NCBI RefSeq assembly: GCF_022846255.1
Contig: NZ_AP025682.1
Length of the DNA stretch: 64,000 bases
Direction: 5' to 3' (one strand)
DNA from: Escherichia coli
GTDB taxonomy: Bacteria; Pseudomonadota; Gammaproteobacteria; Enterobacterales; Enterobacteriaceae
Positions 11,458-22,718 of this stretch are shown here, in pieces (within the stretch, counting starts at the first letter, position 1; each line of letters starts with the position of its first letter). The translations under genes were made by a program, and so were the position numbers. The notes beneath the pieces are model-generated. The model was not told the DNA's origin. It searched no databases and saw only the letters and a program-made list of their open reading frames with translations.

Positions 11458-12887
11458 AGCATGTTCCAGCCGATCAGCATATTCCACCACCACACGCCGA
11501 GGGTGATATGCACCAGGAAGGTTAATATCGTCAGTACCGCACCGACCAACCACCAGGATTTAATATCGTTGTAACCCACGCCAAAGATGACCGGACCTGC
11601 CGCGCCGCCATAGTGAGTAACCATGCCGCCATAGGAGTTAGAGAACAACAGTGCCAGCGCGGTTAACATTAACGGTGCGCCGGAGACGTTCGCCAGCATG
11701 GCAAACACAGGTAACATAGCAACGATATAGGCACTACCAGAAGCGAAGAAATAACGCACGATGATGCTGAGGAAAATAATAACGAAGAAAGCAACGTTCC
11801 CGTGACCATCAAATGCCAGGTTATTTTTAAAGACTTCAGCTAACCATTCGAAGAATTTAACTTTCGATAATAAGGAGCTTAAGCCGATAATACCGCCGTA
11901 CCAGATTAAGGTATTCCAGCCGCCTTTATTTTTAACCACGTCTTCCCAGGTAACGATACCCAGCAGCAGCATAGTTGCCATAACAACGATTGCCACGGTG
12001 GATTCATCAACCCCCAGAGACTTACTGAAAATCCAGCCCAGCAGCGCCAGCACAAAGACACCGAGCAGCATTTTTTCGCGGATTTTCATCGGTCCCAGTT
12101 CGGCAAGGCCCGCTTTAGCGATGGTTTTGTTATCCACCTTCTTAATTTCTGGTGGATACATGGTGTAAATCACCAGCGGGGTGACCAGCAGCATAATGAT
12201 GCCCGGCAATCCGGCGGCTAGCGCCCATCCACCCCAGCTAATTTGCAGGTGCAGAATGTCGTTGATCATTTTCAGCGCCAGAATGTTCCCCGCCATTGCG
12301 GTAAAGAACATATAGCTGGTGGTTTTAGTGACCATGTAAATGGACATCATCAGGTAATGTCCAACACGACGCGGACTTTTTTCCGGTTCTGATCCCAAAG
12401 CCACTGCCACGCTGTTGATGATCGGTAACACGATGCCGCCCGCACGCGCGGTGTTAGACGGTGTTGCCGGAGCCAGTACCAGATCGAGAAATACCGTAAC
12501 GTAACCCAGACCCAGGGTAGTGCTACCAATTTTACCAATCAGCAGATAGGCAATACGTTTACCTAAGCCTGTGGTTACAAACGCGGCGCTTAAAGTAAAC
12601 GCAGAAAACACCAGCCAGGTGGTACCGGAAGAGTAACCGCTTAATACGGCGGTGGTTTTAAATTCCCCACCTGATAAGTTACCCACCACGACCATCGATG
12701 CGGCGACGGCAATTAACAGTACGACAGGTTCCGGGAAAGGCTTGATAACCAGCCCCACAATGGCCGCCAGGTAAATACCAAAAAGCACCCACGCCAGTTC
12801 GCTTAATCCTGCCGGAGCTGGCATAAAGCCAATAATACATGGGATCGCTAATATCAGAATTAGCTTCCATAACGATTTTTTATTCAT
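11454..12887 (-). CDS. ybhI: Putative anion/tricarboxylate transporter (DASS/CitT-like permease)
   Basis: 477 aa highly hydrophobic polytopic ORF; gene order ybhH-ybhI-ybhJ. Confidence 0.85.
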   Translation of the reverse strand: MNKKSLWKLILILAIPCIIGFMPAPAGLSELAWVLFGIYLAAIVGLVIKPFPEPVVLLIAVAASMVVVGNLSGGEFKTTAVLSGYSSGTTWLVFSAFTLSAAFVTTGLGKRIAYLLIGKIGSTTLGLGYVTVFLDLVLAPATPSNTARAGGIVLPIINSVAVALGSEPEKSPRRVGHYLMMSIYMVTKTTSYMFFTAMAGNILALKMINDILHLQISWGGWALAAGLPGIIMLLVTPLVIYTMYPPEIKKVDNKTIAKAGLAELGPMKIREKMLLGVFVLALLGWIFSKSLGVDESTVAIVVMATMLLLGIVTWEDVVKNKGGWNTLIWYGGIIGLSSLLSKVKFFEWLAEVFKNNLAFDGHGNVAFFVIIFLSIIVRYFFASGSAYIVAMLPVFAMLANVSGAPLMLTALALLFSNSYGGMVTHYGGAAGPVIFGVGYNDIKSWWLVGAVLTILTFLVHITLGVWWWNMLIGWNML

Positions 12888-12962
12888 TTAATATCCTGTT
12901 CTTTCTGTATGACTCATACAGAATTCCTTTATTGATTGTCATTATCACGACAACAAAATTTT

Positions 12963-14015
12963 TCAGGGAAGATAAACTTCACCGGAAAATATTTTTCTTG
13001 TCGTCCGAATAACAGATGCGCGTAACGTCGTGGCATCCTGACCTTCATTACTTAAATGAACGTCGAGCGCACCACTGGGGTGTTCAATATTGATATTGCC
13101 GTATCCTACAGAAGGGACGATTTGTCGGGTGACGGTACCTTCCAATGCACAACTACTGGAAATAGCAATAGCACCGGTTATCGCCAAAGCGCGATGGCAA
13201 GAATGCGGCATAAAATAACGCACATTAATTGCCCCGCCTTTCTGCGCTGGAGAAATAAGTACAGGTTTAGGGATAACCATATTACTGACATCGCCTAAGC
13301 CCATTGCTTTACCCGCTTGTAGACGGATAGATTCAATGCGGGCTAATAATGCTTTGTCGGCATCCAGCTCTGCCGGTAATTCATAGCCTGTTTTTCCCAG
13401 ATATTCAGCAGGAATAATGACAACTGGCATCGCCATATCGATACAGGTCACCGGGACATCGTCAAAATAATCAATCTGATTATCCGTCGGGAAGACTTTT
13501 CCGGTTTTCGTTCCGGCGGCATTCAGGAAAGTGAGCGCAACCGGTGCGGCAGTACCCGGTACGCCGTCAATTCTGGCGCTACCCTCGTACTCGACAACAC
13601 CATTTGGCGTTTGCACATCAGCTTCGATAAACGTACCCGTATTGACGTTGCGGATACGTACGCGGGTAACTGGCGAAGTCGCTGCAATCAAACCATTTTC
13701 AATGGCGAATGCCCCAACGCCAGACAGCATATTGCCGCAGTTAGGCGTGGTATCGACACGTTGCTCATGGACGATAACTTGAGCAAACAGATAATCGACA
13801 TCTGCACGCGGATCGCTGGAGCGGCTAATAATGGCGACTTTACTGGTCAGCGGATTACCGCCGCCAATACCGTCAATTTCCAGATCGTTACCGGAACCCA
13901 TAATTGCCATCAATATTTTATCGCGCTGCGTTTGATCTTCGGGTAGATGTTCCGCTAACAGGAACGCGCCCCTCGAGGTTCCACCTCGCATCATCACGCA
14001 GGGTATTTTTTTCAT
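12963..14015 (-). CDS. ybhH: PrpF-family (methylaconitate isomerase-like) protein
   Basis: 350 aa ORF; PrpF/AcnD-accessory-like sequence; first gene of ybhHIJ. Confidence 0.85.
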   Translation of the reverse strand: MKKIPCVMMRGGTSRGAFLLAEHLPEDQTQRDKILMAIMGSGNDLEIDGIGGGNPLTSKVAIISRSSDPRADVDYLFAQVIVHEQRVDTTPNCGNMLSGVGAFAIENGLIAATSPVTRVRIRNVNTGTFIEADVQTPNGVVEYEGSARIDGVPGTAAPVALTFLNAAGTKTGKVFPTDNQIDYFDDVPVTCIDMAMPVVIIPAEYLGKTGYELPAELDADKALLARIESIRLQAGKAMGLGDVSNMVIPKPVLISPAQKGGAINVRYFMPHSCHRALAITGAIAISSSCALEGTVTRQIVPSVGYGNINIEHPSGALDVHLSNEGQDATTLRASVIRTTRKIFSGEVYLP

Positions 14016-14137
14016 AATAATGCCCTCAATTTAAAAACATAACTTATTGCGATATGGTTACATTAAGGGCAAAGCATCTCTAATGACTTTAGCTCAACGA
14101 TTAATAACATTTTTTCATTAATTTAAGTTGGCTAAAT

Positions 14138-14158
14138 GCAGTTAAAATTTTTAACTGC
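14138..14158. promoter_or_regulatory. Perfect 21 bp palindrome in ybhD/ybhH divergent promoter (candidate LysR-type operator)
   Basis: gcagttaaaa-t-ttttaactgc read directly from sequence; lies 40 bp upstream of the likely ybhD start. Confidence 0.5.
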
Positions 14159-14198
14159 CAGTCACCCAAAATCGTCGCTTCCATTTTCCGGAGTAATA

Positions 14199-15152
14199 AT
14201 GAAGCATGAATTATCAAGTATGAAGGCATTTGTCATACTGGCAGAGTCCAGTTCATTTAACAATGCCGCTAAATTACTCAATATTACGCAACCTGCATTA
14301 ACGCGAAGAATAAAAAAGATGGAGGAAGATTTACATATTCAACTATTTGAGCGTACAACTCGCAAGGTTACGTTAACAAAAGCAGGAAAAAGGTTGCTCC
14401 CGGAGGCGCGGGAATTAATAAAGAAATTCGATGAAACGCTTTTTAATATTCGTGATATGAATGCTTATCATCGTGGTATGGTGACGTTAGCGTGTATTCC
14501 GACCGCAGTATTTTATTTTTTACCGCTGGCAATCGGTAAATTTAATGAGCTGTATCCCAATATTAAAGTGCGGATTCTGGAACAAGGCACGAATAATTGC
14601 ATGGAATCGGTGCTGTGTAACGAATCAGACTTTGGCATAAACATGAACAACGTCACAAATTCATCCATTGATTTTACCCCACTGGTCAACGAGCCGTTCG
14701 TGCTGGCCTGTCGGCGTGACCATCCATTGGCCAAAAAGCAGCTTGTAGAATGGCAGGAGTTAGTGGGTTACAAAATGATTGGCGTACGCTCCTCCAGCGG
14801 CAACCGACTGTTGATAGAACAACAGCTAGCCGACAAGCCCTGGAAGCTGGACTGGTTTTACGAAGTGCGTCATCTTTCGACGTCATTAGGGCTGGTGGAG
14901 GCGGGACTGGGGATTTCGGCGCTTCCTGGTCTGGCAATGCCCCATGCGCCCTATTCTTCGATTATTGGTATCCCGCTGGTGGAACCGGTTATACGTCGGA
15001 CATTGGGGATTATTCGCCGCAAAGATGCCGTGCTTTCTCCGGCAGCTGAACGCTTTTTTGCCTTGCTGATTAATTTGTGGACTGACGATAAAGACAATTT
15101 GTGGACCAATATCGTCGAACGCCAGAGACATGCGTTACAGGAGATAGGTTAA
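14199..15152 (+). CDS. ybhD: LysR-type transcriptional regulator
   Basis: ORF-track ORF 14136-15152; start trimmed to MKHELSSMKAFVILAESSSFNNAAKLLNITQPALTRRIKKME (HTH of LTTR family). Confidence 0.85.
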   Translation: MKHELSSMKAFVILAESSSFNNAAKLLNITQPALTRRIKKMEEDLHIQLFERTTRKVTLTKAGKRLLPEARELIKKFDETLFNIRDMNAYHRGMVTLACIPTAVFYFLPLAIGKFNELYPNIKVRILEQGTNNCMESVLCNESDFGINMNNVTNSSIDFTPLVNEPFVLACRRDHPLAKKQLVEWQELVGYKMIGVRSSSGNRLLIEQQLADKPWKLDWFYEVRHLSTSLGLVEAGLGISALPGLAMPHAPYSSIIGIPLVEPVIRRTLGIIRRKDAVLSPAAERFFALLINLWTDDKDNLWTNIVERQRHALQEIG

Positions 15153-15192
15153 TACACCGGCGCAGAAGAGACTGCGCCAGGTAAATCAGCGG

Positions 15193-16224
<1,032 letters not shown>

Positions 16225-16342
16225 CTAAAATTAGTCGCTTTTGGCGGTGAATGCTGAATTAAAACGCAGAATTTTGTCCGATAGTGGTATCGGTGTACCA
16301 TTCGCGCAGACGAAAATTCTTAACCTTAATCTGGAATACGCC

Positions 16343-17161
16343 ATGACCACACGCGTGATTGCTCTCGACTTAGACGGCACCTTATTGACCCCGAAAAAGA
16401 CCCTGCTTCCTTCATCGATAGAAGCCCTGGCCCGTGCTCGCGAAGCAGGCTACCGATTAATCATCGTCACAGGTCGCCATCACGTCGCTATTCATCCTTT
16501 TTATCAGGCGCTGGCGCTGGATACACCTGCTATTTGCTGTAACGGCACCTATTTGTATGATTATCATGCAAAAACCGTACTAGAAGCGGACCCAATGCCT
16601 GTTAACAAAGCCCTGCAACTCATTGAGATGCTGAATGAACACCACATTCACGGTCTGATGTATGTGGATGATGCGATGGTTTATGAGCACCCGACCGGAC
16701 ATGTCATTCGCACGTCTAACTGGGCGCAAACCCTGCCGCCGGAACAGCGTCCGACTTTCACACAAGTCGCTTCTCTGGCTGAAACGGCGCAACAAGTTAA
16801 CGCCGTATGGAAGTTCGCCCTGACGCACGATGACCTGCCGCAATTGCAGCATTTTGGTAAGCATGTCGAACATGAACTGGGACTGGAGTGTGAATGGTCC
16901 TGGCACGATCAGGTTGATATTGCACGCGGCGGCAACAGCAAAGGTAAACGTTTGACGAAATGGGTTGAGGCGCAAGGCTGGTCGATGGAAAACGTCGTGG
17001 CCTTCGGCGATAACTTCAATGATATTAGTATGCTGGAAGCCGCTGGTACAGGCGTGGCGATGGGCAACGCCGATGACGCAGTAAAAGCACGCGCCAACAT
17101 TGTGATTGGTGATAACACCACCGACAGCATTGCCCAGTTCATTTATAGCCACCTGATTTAA
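16343..17161 (+). CDS. ybhA: HAD-family sugar/pyridoxal phosphate phosphatase
   Basis: ORF-track ORF 16241-17161; start trimmed to MTTRVIALDLDGTLL (HAD motif I DxDGT). Confidence 0.88.
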   Translation: MTTRVIALDLDGTLLTPKKTLLPSSIEALARAREAGYRLIIVTGRHHVAIHPFYQALALDTPAICCNGTYLYDYHAKTVLEADPMPVNKALQLIEMLNEHHIHGLMYVDDAMVYEHPTGHVIRTSNWAQTLPPEQRPTFTQVASLAETAQQVNAVWKFALTHDDLPQLQHFGKHVEHELGLECEWSWHDQVDIARGGNSKGKRLTKWVEAQGWSMENVVAFGDNFNDISMLEAAGTGVAMGNADDAVKARANIVIGDNTTDSIAQFIYSHLI

Positions 17162-18220
17162 TCAGGCGGTTATCGACACACTTTTAATTTGCGCATACAG
17201 CCACAGGCCAGGTTTGATCGCCAGTTCATCCCTGGCCCACGGGCTGATACGCGCCCACAGCGTTTTACCGCCGACTTCCAGCTCCACTTCCACCTGGCCG
17301 TTGTCGTCATAACTATTAACAACTTTTGCCCGCAATACGTTACGAATGCTGGTTTGCTGTGGCGGTTGTAAAACCAGCGAGACATCGGAAGCCTGAATGC
17401 GGATGCGTAGCGCAGCTTGCAGCGGTTCGTCCAGCTTATTGACCCACAAATGCTGATCGCCCAGCGCCAGCGCGGTCATCGCGTAATGCGGATGATGCTC
17501 AAGTACTGTCACTTTCAGAATGCTACTTTGTTGCTCTTTCGGTAGCCACGGATTCATCACGCTACTACCCCAGACTTCTTCCAGCGCGCCAAAGGCTTTC
17601 ACCTGACCGTTTTCCAGTACCATCACTCTGTCTGCCAGATGGAGGATCTCATCCAGCGAATGGCTGACATACAACATCGGAATGTTGATTTCCCGCGTCA
17701 GACGTTGCAGATAAGGCAACAGTTCGCGTTTACGCGGAATATCCAGTGACGCCAGCGGTTCATCCAGCAACAGCAATTCCGGTGCTGTCAGCAAAGCCCG
17801 ACCAATCGCCACGCGCTGTTTTTCGCCTCCGGACAGGCTGCCTGGTAAACGATCAAGCAACGGTTCAATGCCTAAAAGCGCCACCAGCTTATCGAACTGA
17901 TTGACCATGCTTTTCGCCATGCCGTAGCGCAAATTGCCACGCACTTTGTAATGCGGGAACAGCCGCGCATCCTGAAACACATAGCCTACGCGACGCTTTT
18001 CTGGCGTCAGGCAGATACCTTTATCGGCGTCATTTAGTACCCGACCATTGAGGACAATCTGCCCTTTTTGCGGACGTGTCAGCCCACTGATGGCGTTAAT
18101 CAGCGAGGTTTTTCCGGCACCAGAGACACCAAAAATAGCGGTGATGCCATTGGCGGGCAGCGTTTCATTAATCGTCAGGCAATGATTGCCCAACGTCTGG
18201 GAAAAATTCAGTTCCAGCAT
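17162..18220 (-). CDS. modC: Molybdate ABC transporter ATPase
   Basis: 352 aa; Walker [13 protein letters not shown] signature LSGGEKQR, C-terminal Mop-like domain. Confidence 0.93.
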   Translation of the reverse strand: MLELNFSQTLGNHCLTINETLPANGITAIFGVSGAGKTSLINAISGLTRPQKGQIVLNGRVLNDADKGICLTPEKRRVGYVFQDARLFPHYKVRGNLRYGMAKSMVNQFDKLVALLGIEPLLDRLPGSLSGGEKQRVAIGRALLTAPELLLLDEPLASLDIPRKRELLPYLQRLTREINIPMLYVSHSLDEILHLADRVMVLENGQVKAFGALEEVWGSSVMNPWLPKEQQSSILKVTVLEHHPHYAMTALALGDQHLWVNKLDEPLQAALRIRIQASDVSLVLQPPQQTSIRNVLRAKVVNSYDDNGQVEVELEVGGKTLWARISPWARDELAIKPGLWLYAQIKSVSITA

Positions 18221-18222
18221 GA

Positions 18223-18912
18223 TTAGCGCCCCGCCCGCTCACGGCTGATTCTGGCCAGCCATTCTGAAATCAACAGGGAGATCATCGCCAGCGCAATAGA
18301 AATAATACACAGTCTCGCCGCGCCACTTTCCCCGCCAGGGGTCTGGATCAGGGTATACATGGCAGAAGGAATGGTTCGCGTTTCACCAGGAATGTTAGAA
18401 ACAAAGGTGATGGTTGCGCCAAATTCACCGAGCGAACGAGCGAATGCCAGTACCGTACCAACAATAATTCCCGGCAACGTCAGCGGTAAGGTAATAGTGA
18501 AGAAGACACGCCAGCGCCCGGCACCCAACGTTCTTGCGGCCTGCTCCAGTTTGATATCAACACCTTCCAGCGCCAGACGAATCGCCCGCACCATCAGCGG
18601 AAAAGACATGACAGCGGCAGCGAGAACCGCACCACGCCAGCTAAACGCGAAAGAAAGACCAAACCAGTCATACAGACGTTCACCGATAAATCCGCGCCGT
18701 CCCATCGAAACTAATAATAGGTAACCGACGACCACGGGCGGTAACACCAGCGGTAGATGCAGTACGCTGTCGAGCAGAGCTTTGCCCGGAAACGTGCAAC
18801 GTACCAGTAACCAGGCAAAAAAGATCCCAAACGGCAGGCTAAACAGCACAGCCAGGGAAGAAACTTTCAGGCTTAATAAAACTGCCTGCCATTCTGGATC
18901 GGTCAGTATCAT
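18223..18912 (-). CDS. modB: Molybdate ABC transporter permease
   Basis: 229 aa membrane ORF between modA and modC. Confidence 0.93.
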   Translation of the reverse strand: MILTDPEWQAVLLSLKVSSLAVLFSLPFGIFFAWLLVRCTFPGKALLDSVLHLPLVLPPVVVGYLLLVSMGRRGFIGERLYDWFGLSFAFSWRGAVLAAAVMSFPLMVRAIRLALEGVDIKLEQAARTLGAGRWRVFFTITLPLTLPGIIVGTVLAFARSLGEFGATITFVSNIPGETRTIPSAMYTLIQTPGGESGAARLCIISIALAMISLLISEWLARISRERAGR

Positions 18913-19685
18913 TACTTGGTTGTAAATCCGTAACGTTTAAAGATTTCCGCAGCCTGCGGCCCCTTCAGATAATCATAAAATGCTTTCACTGTCGCATTGT
19001 TATGCCCTTCCACAACAGCAACCGGATATTCCACTTTTTTATGTGAATCTTCCGGGAAGGTGGCAACCACTTTTACCCCTTTGCTGGCAACTGCGTCAGA
19101 ACCGTAAACAATACCCAGCGGCGCTTCATTGCGTTCGACCAACGCCAGCGCGCCACGAACATCTTCCGCCGGAGCCAGTTTCGGGGAGAGCGTATCCCAT
19201 GCGCCCAGTTTTTGCAGTGCTTCTTTCGCATAAATGCCAGCAGGGACATGTTCCGGATCACCAACCGCGAGGCGACCGCCATTCAGCAGCGAAGTCCAGT
19301 TGGTTTTGCTGTCGATGGTGAAATCTTTCTGCTCGCTGGCTTTCGGTGCTACAACGACCAGGCTATTGCCGAGCAGTGTCTGGCGCGAAGCCGTATCGAT
19401 CGCTTTTTTATCAACCGCATAATCCATCCATTTCTGATCGGCAGAAATAAATAGATCCGCAGGCGCACCCGCTTCAATCTGACGGGCCAAAGTAGATGAC
19501 GAAGCGAAAGAAGAAACCACATCCACGCCTTTCTCTTTTTTATACTGCGTAGCAATGTCCTGCATTGCGTTAGTCAGTGATGCGGCGGCGAACACCGTGA
19601 TTTTCCCTTCATCTGCCAGTGCATTGCCAGCAACAGCGAAAGAGAGTGCCGCCCCGGTAAACAAGTTCAACCATTTACGAGCCAT
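18912..19685 (-). CDS. modA: Molybdate-binding periplasmic protein
   Basis: 257 aa with signal peptide ...AVAGNALA; first gene of modABC. Confidence 0.93.
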   Translation of the reverse strand: MARKWLNLFTGAALSFAVAGNALADEGKITVFAAASLTNAMQDIATQYKKEKGVDVVSSFASSSTLARQIEAGAPADLFISADQKWMDYAVDKKAIDTASRQTLLGNSLVVVAPKASEQKDFTIDSKTNWTSLLNGGRLAVGDPEHVPAGIYAKEALQKLGAWDTLSPKLAPAEDVRGALALVERNEAPLGIVYGSDAVASKGVKVVATFPEDSHKKVEYPVAVVEGHNNATVKAFYDYLKGPQAAEIFKRYGFTTK

Positions 19686-19695
19686 TGGTAACCCC

Positions 19696-19730
19696 TTAAT
19701 GTAACGTTATGTAGGCGTCAATATAACGGC
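19696..19730. promoter_or_regulatory. ModE operator at modA promoter
   Basis: Reverse complement cgttatattgacgcctacataacgttacattaagggg, matching the remembered modA operator. Confidence 0.7.
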
Positions 19731-19851
19731 AAGTTCGGAATTTTCCCAGCAGTTATTGCTAACCTTTGTGAGGTAGATGAGAAAAAATATCGGCAGAAAA
19801 AGCAGGAAGTTGAGAAAAAGAAAATGCCCGACTAAGCGGGCATTCAGGGAA

Positions 19852-20019
<168 letters not shown>

Positions 20020-20129
20020 TCATGAGACTATTCTAACCGCTAAGCAAAGAAAAGCACTCCCCTTTTGTGCGGTCAGCTTTGCGTGGCGTTCGTTTTCCGT
20101 CACAATAAGACTTTTTCCAGGATATTGTT

Positions 20130-20918
20130 ATGCAGGCCGAAATCCTTCTCACCCTTAAGCTCCAACAAAAATTATTCGCCGACCCGCGCCGCATTTCGCT
20201 ACTAAAACACATTGCGCTTTCCGGTTCCATTAGCCAGGGAGCGAAAGATGCCGGTATCAGCTATAAAAGCGCCTGGGATGCCATTAACGAGATGAATCAG
20301 TTAAGTGAGCATATTCTGGTTGAGCGCGCAACAGGCGGTAAAGGTGGAGGCGGCGCAGTACTGACCCGCTATGGTCAGCGACTGATTCAGCTCTATGACT
20401 TACTGGCGCAAATCCAGCAAAAAGCCTTTGATGTGTTAAGTGACGATGACGCCCTGCCGCTGAACAGCCTGCTGGCCGCGATCTCACGTTTTTCACTGCA
20501 AACCAGCGCCCGTAACCAATGGTTTGGCACCATCACCGCCCGCGATCATGATGACGTTCAACAGCATGTTGATGTCTTACTGGCTGACGGAAAAACACGC
20601 CTGAAAGTCGCAATTACCGCACAAAGCGGCGCGCGTCTGGGGCTGGATGAAGGCAAAGAAGTGTTGATATTGCTAAAAGCGCCGTGGGTAGGCATTACTC
20701 AGGACGAAGCGGTCGCACAAAACGCCGACAACCAATTACCGGGTATTATTAGCCATATTGAGCGCGGCGCAGAGCAGTGCGAAGTATTAATGGCGCTACC
20801 CGACGGGCAAACACTGTGCGCCACAGTGCCGGTAAATGAAGCGACTTCTCTTCAGCAAGGACAGAATGTCACGGCCTACTTTAATGCCGACAGCGTGATT
20901 ATCGCCACGCTGTGCTAA
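20130..20918 (+). CDS. modE: Molybdate-responsive transcriptional regulator
   Basis: 262 aa; N-terminal HTH plus C-terminal tandem Mop domains. Confidence 0.93.
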   Translation: MQAEILLTLKLQQKLFADPRRISLLKHIALSGSISQGAKDAGISYKSAWDAINEMNQLSEHILVERATGGKGGGGAVLTRYGQRLIQLYDLLAQIQQKAFDVLSDDDALPLNSLLAAISRFSLQTSARNQWFGTITARDHDDVQQHVDVLLADGKTRLKVAITAQSGARLGLDEGKEVLILLKAPWVGITQDEAVAQNADNQLPGIISHIERGAEQCEVLMALPDGQTLCATVPVNEATSLQQGQNVTAYFNADSVIIATLC

Positions 20919-20985
20919 GCGTGTTGACAATTTGTTATGAAACACGTATCCCTGTCAGTAATCGCTGCACAAAATGGGATATAAA

Positions 20986-22458
20986 ATGTCATCGTTGCAA
21001 ATTTTGCAAGGCACGTTTCGTCTTAGCGACACAAAAACGCTGCAATTGCCTCAGCTAACGTTAAACGCGGGTGATAGTTGGGCGTTTGTCGGTTCGAATG
21101 GAAGCGGGAAATCGGCGCTGGCCCGCGCGCAGGCGGGGGAACTTCCGCTTTTGAAAGGTGAACGGCAAAGCCAGTTTTCCCACATCACTCGTCTCTCCTT
21201 CGAGCAATTGCAAAAGCTCGTCAGCGACGAATGGCAGCGGAATAACACCGATATGCTCGGCCCTGGCGAAGATGACACCGGGCGTACCACGGCTGAAATC
21301 ATTCAGGATGAAGTAAAGGATGCACCGCGTTGCATGCAACTGGCGCAGCAGTTCGGTATTACCGCCCTCCTCGACCGACGCTTTAAATACCTTTCCACTG
21401 GCGAGACGCGAAAAACCCTGCTGTGTCAGGCGCTGATGTCGGAGCCTGACTTGTTGATTCTTGATGAGCCGTTCGATGGCCTGGATGTTGCCTCACGTCA
21501 GCAGCTGGCTGAGCTACTCGCCTCGTTACATCAGTCCGGTATTACTCTGGTACTGGTGCTCAATCGCTTCGATGAGATCCCGGAATTTGTCCAGTTTGCT
21601 GGCGTGCTGGCGGATTGTACGTTAGCGGAAACGGGCGCTAAAGAGGAACTGCTCCAGCAAGCACTCGTCGCGCAACTGGCACATAGCGAACAGCTTGAAG
21701 GTGTGCAACTGCCGGAGCCGGATGAACCTTCAGCACGTCACGCCTTACCCGCCAACGAACCGCGCATTGTGCTGAACAACGGCGTGGTTTCTTATAACGA
21801 TCGCCCCATTCTTAATAACCTTAGCTGGCAGGTGAATCCAGGCGAACACTGGCAAATTGTCGGGCCAAATGGCGCGGGAAAATCGACGTTATTAAGCCTG
21901 ATTACTGGCGATCATCCGCAAGGTTACAGCAACGATTTGACGCTTTTCGGACGACGTCGCGGCAGCGGCGAAACCATCTGGGATATCAAAAAGCATATCG
22001 GTTACGTCAGCAGTAGTTTGCATCTGGATTACCGGATCAGCACTACCGTGCGTAATGTGATCCTTTCTGGCTATTTTGATTCAATTGGCATTTATCAGGC
22101 CGTTTCGGATCGCCAGCAAAAACTGGTGCAGCAGTGGCTGGATATTCTCGGCATTGATAAACGCACGGCTGACGCTCCGTTCCATAGTCTTTCCTGGGGA
22201 CAGCAGCGTCTGGCGCTGATCGTCCGCGCGCTGGTGAAACATCCGACGTTGCTTATTCTTGATGAACCACTACAGGGGCTTGATCCGCTCAATCGCCAGC
22301 TTATCCGCCGGTTTGTTGATGTGCTGATTAGCGAAGGTGAAACGCAATTGTTGTTTGTTTCGCACCATGCTGAAGATGCGCCTGCCTGTATTACCCATCG
22401 TCTTGAGTTCGTGCCGGACGGTGACTTTTATCGCTATGCGCTGACAAAAATAAACTGA
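20986..22458 (+). CDS. modF: ABC-type ATPase with two nucleotide-binding domains
   Basis: ORF-track ORF 20974-22458; start trimmed to MSSLQILQG; two Walker A motifs GSNGSGKSA and GPNGAGKST. Confidence 0.88.
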   Translation: MSSLQILQGTFRLSDTKTLQLPQLTLNAGDSWAFVGSNGSGKSALARAQAGELPLLKGERQSQFSHITRLSFEQLQKLVSDEWQRNNTDMLGPGEDDTGRTTAEIIQDEVKDAPRCMQLAQQFGITALLDRRFKYLSTGETRKTLLCQALMSEPDLLILDEPFDGLDVASRQQLAELLASLHQSGITLVLVLNRFDEIPEFVQFAGVLADCTLAETGAKEELLQQALVAQLAHSEQLEGVQLPEPDEPSARHALPANEPRIVLNNGVVSYNDRPILNNLSWQVNPGEHWQIVGPNGAGKSTLLSLITGDHPQGYSNDLTLFGRRRGSGETIWDIKKHIGYVSSSLHLDYRISTTVRNVILSGYFDSIGIYQAVSDRQQKLVQQWLDILGIDKRTADAPFHSLSWGQQRLALIVRALVKHPTLLILDEPLQGLDPLNRQLIRRFVDVLISEGETQLLFVSHHAEDAPACITHRLEFVPDGDFYRYALTKIN

Positions 22459-22475
22459 GTCGGTAATGCTGACTG

Positions 22476-22520
22476 TACCGGAGGCGGCCTAAGCGCCCTC
22501 TCCGGCCTACAGTTCGACGC
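22476..22520. repeat. REP element downstream of modF
   Basis: gccggaggcggcctaagcgccctctccggcctac palindromic unit. Confidence 0.7.
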
Positions 22521-22624
22521 ATCCAGGCATGAAACGCGTCTTTTTTTCAGATAAAAAGCGCAATCATTCATAAAGCCGCTGTTTTATAATCACTTAATCG
22601 CGCATAAAAAACGGCTAAATTCCT

Positions 22625-22640
22625 GTGTAAACGATTCCAC
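22625..22640. promoter_or_regulatory. gal external operator OE (GalR/GalS site)
   Basis: gtgtaaacgattccac, followed by the CRP site and the P1/P2 region ending tatgctatggtta. Confidence 0.85.
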
Positions 22641-22718
22641 TAATTTATTCCATGTCACACTTTTCGCATCTTTGTTATGCTATGGTTATTTCATACCATA
22701 AGCCTAATGGAGCGAATT

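Noticed and set aside
16580-17152. 190 aa minus-strand ORF inside ybhA
   Set aside because: Antisense to ybhA (HAD phosphatase with DxDGT motif); spurious.
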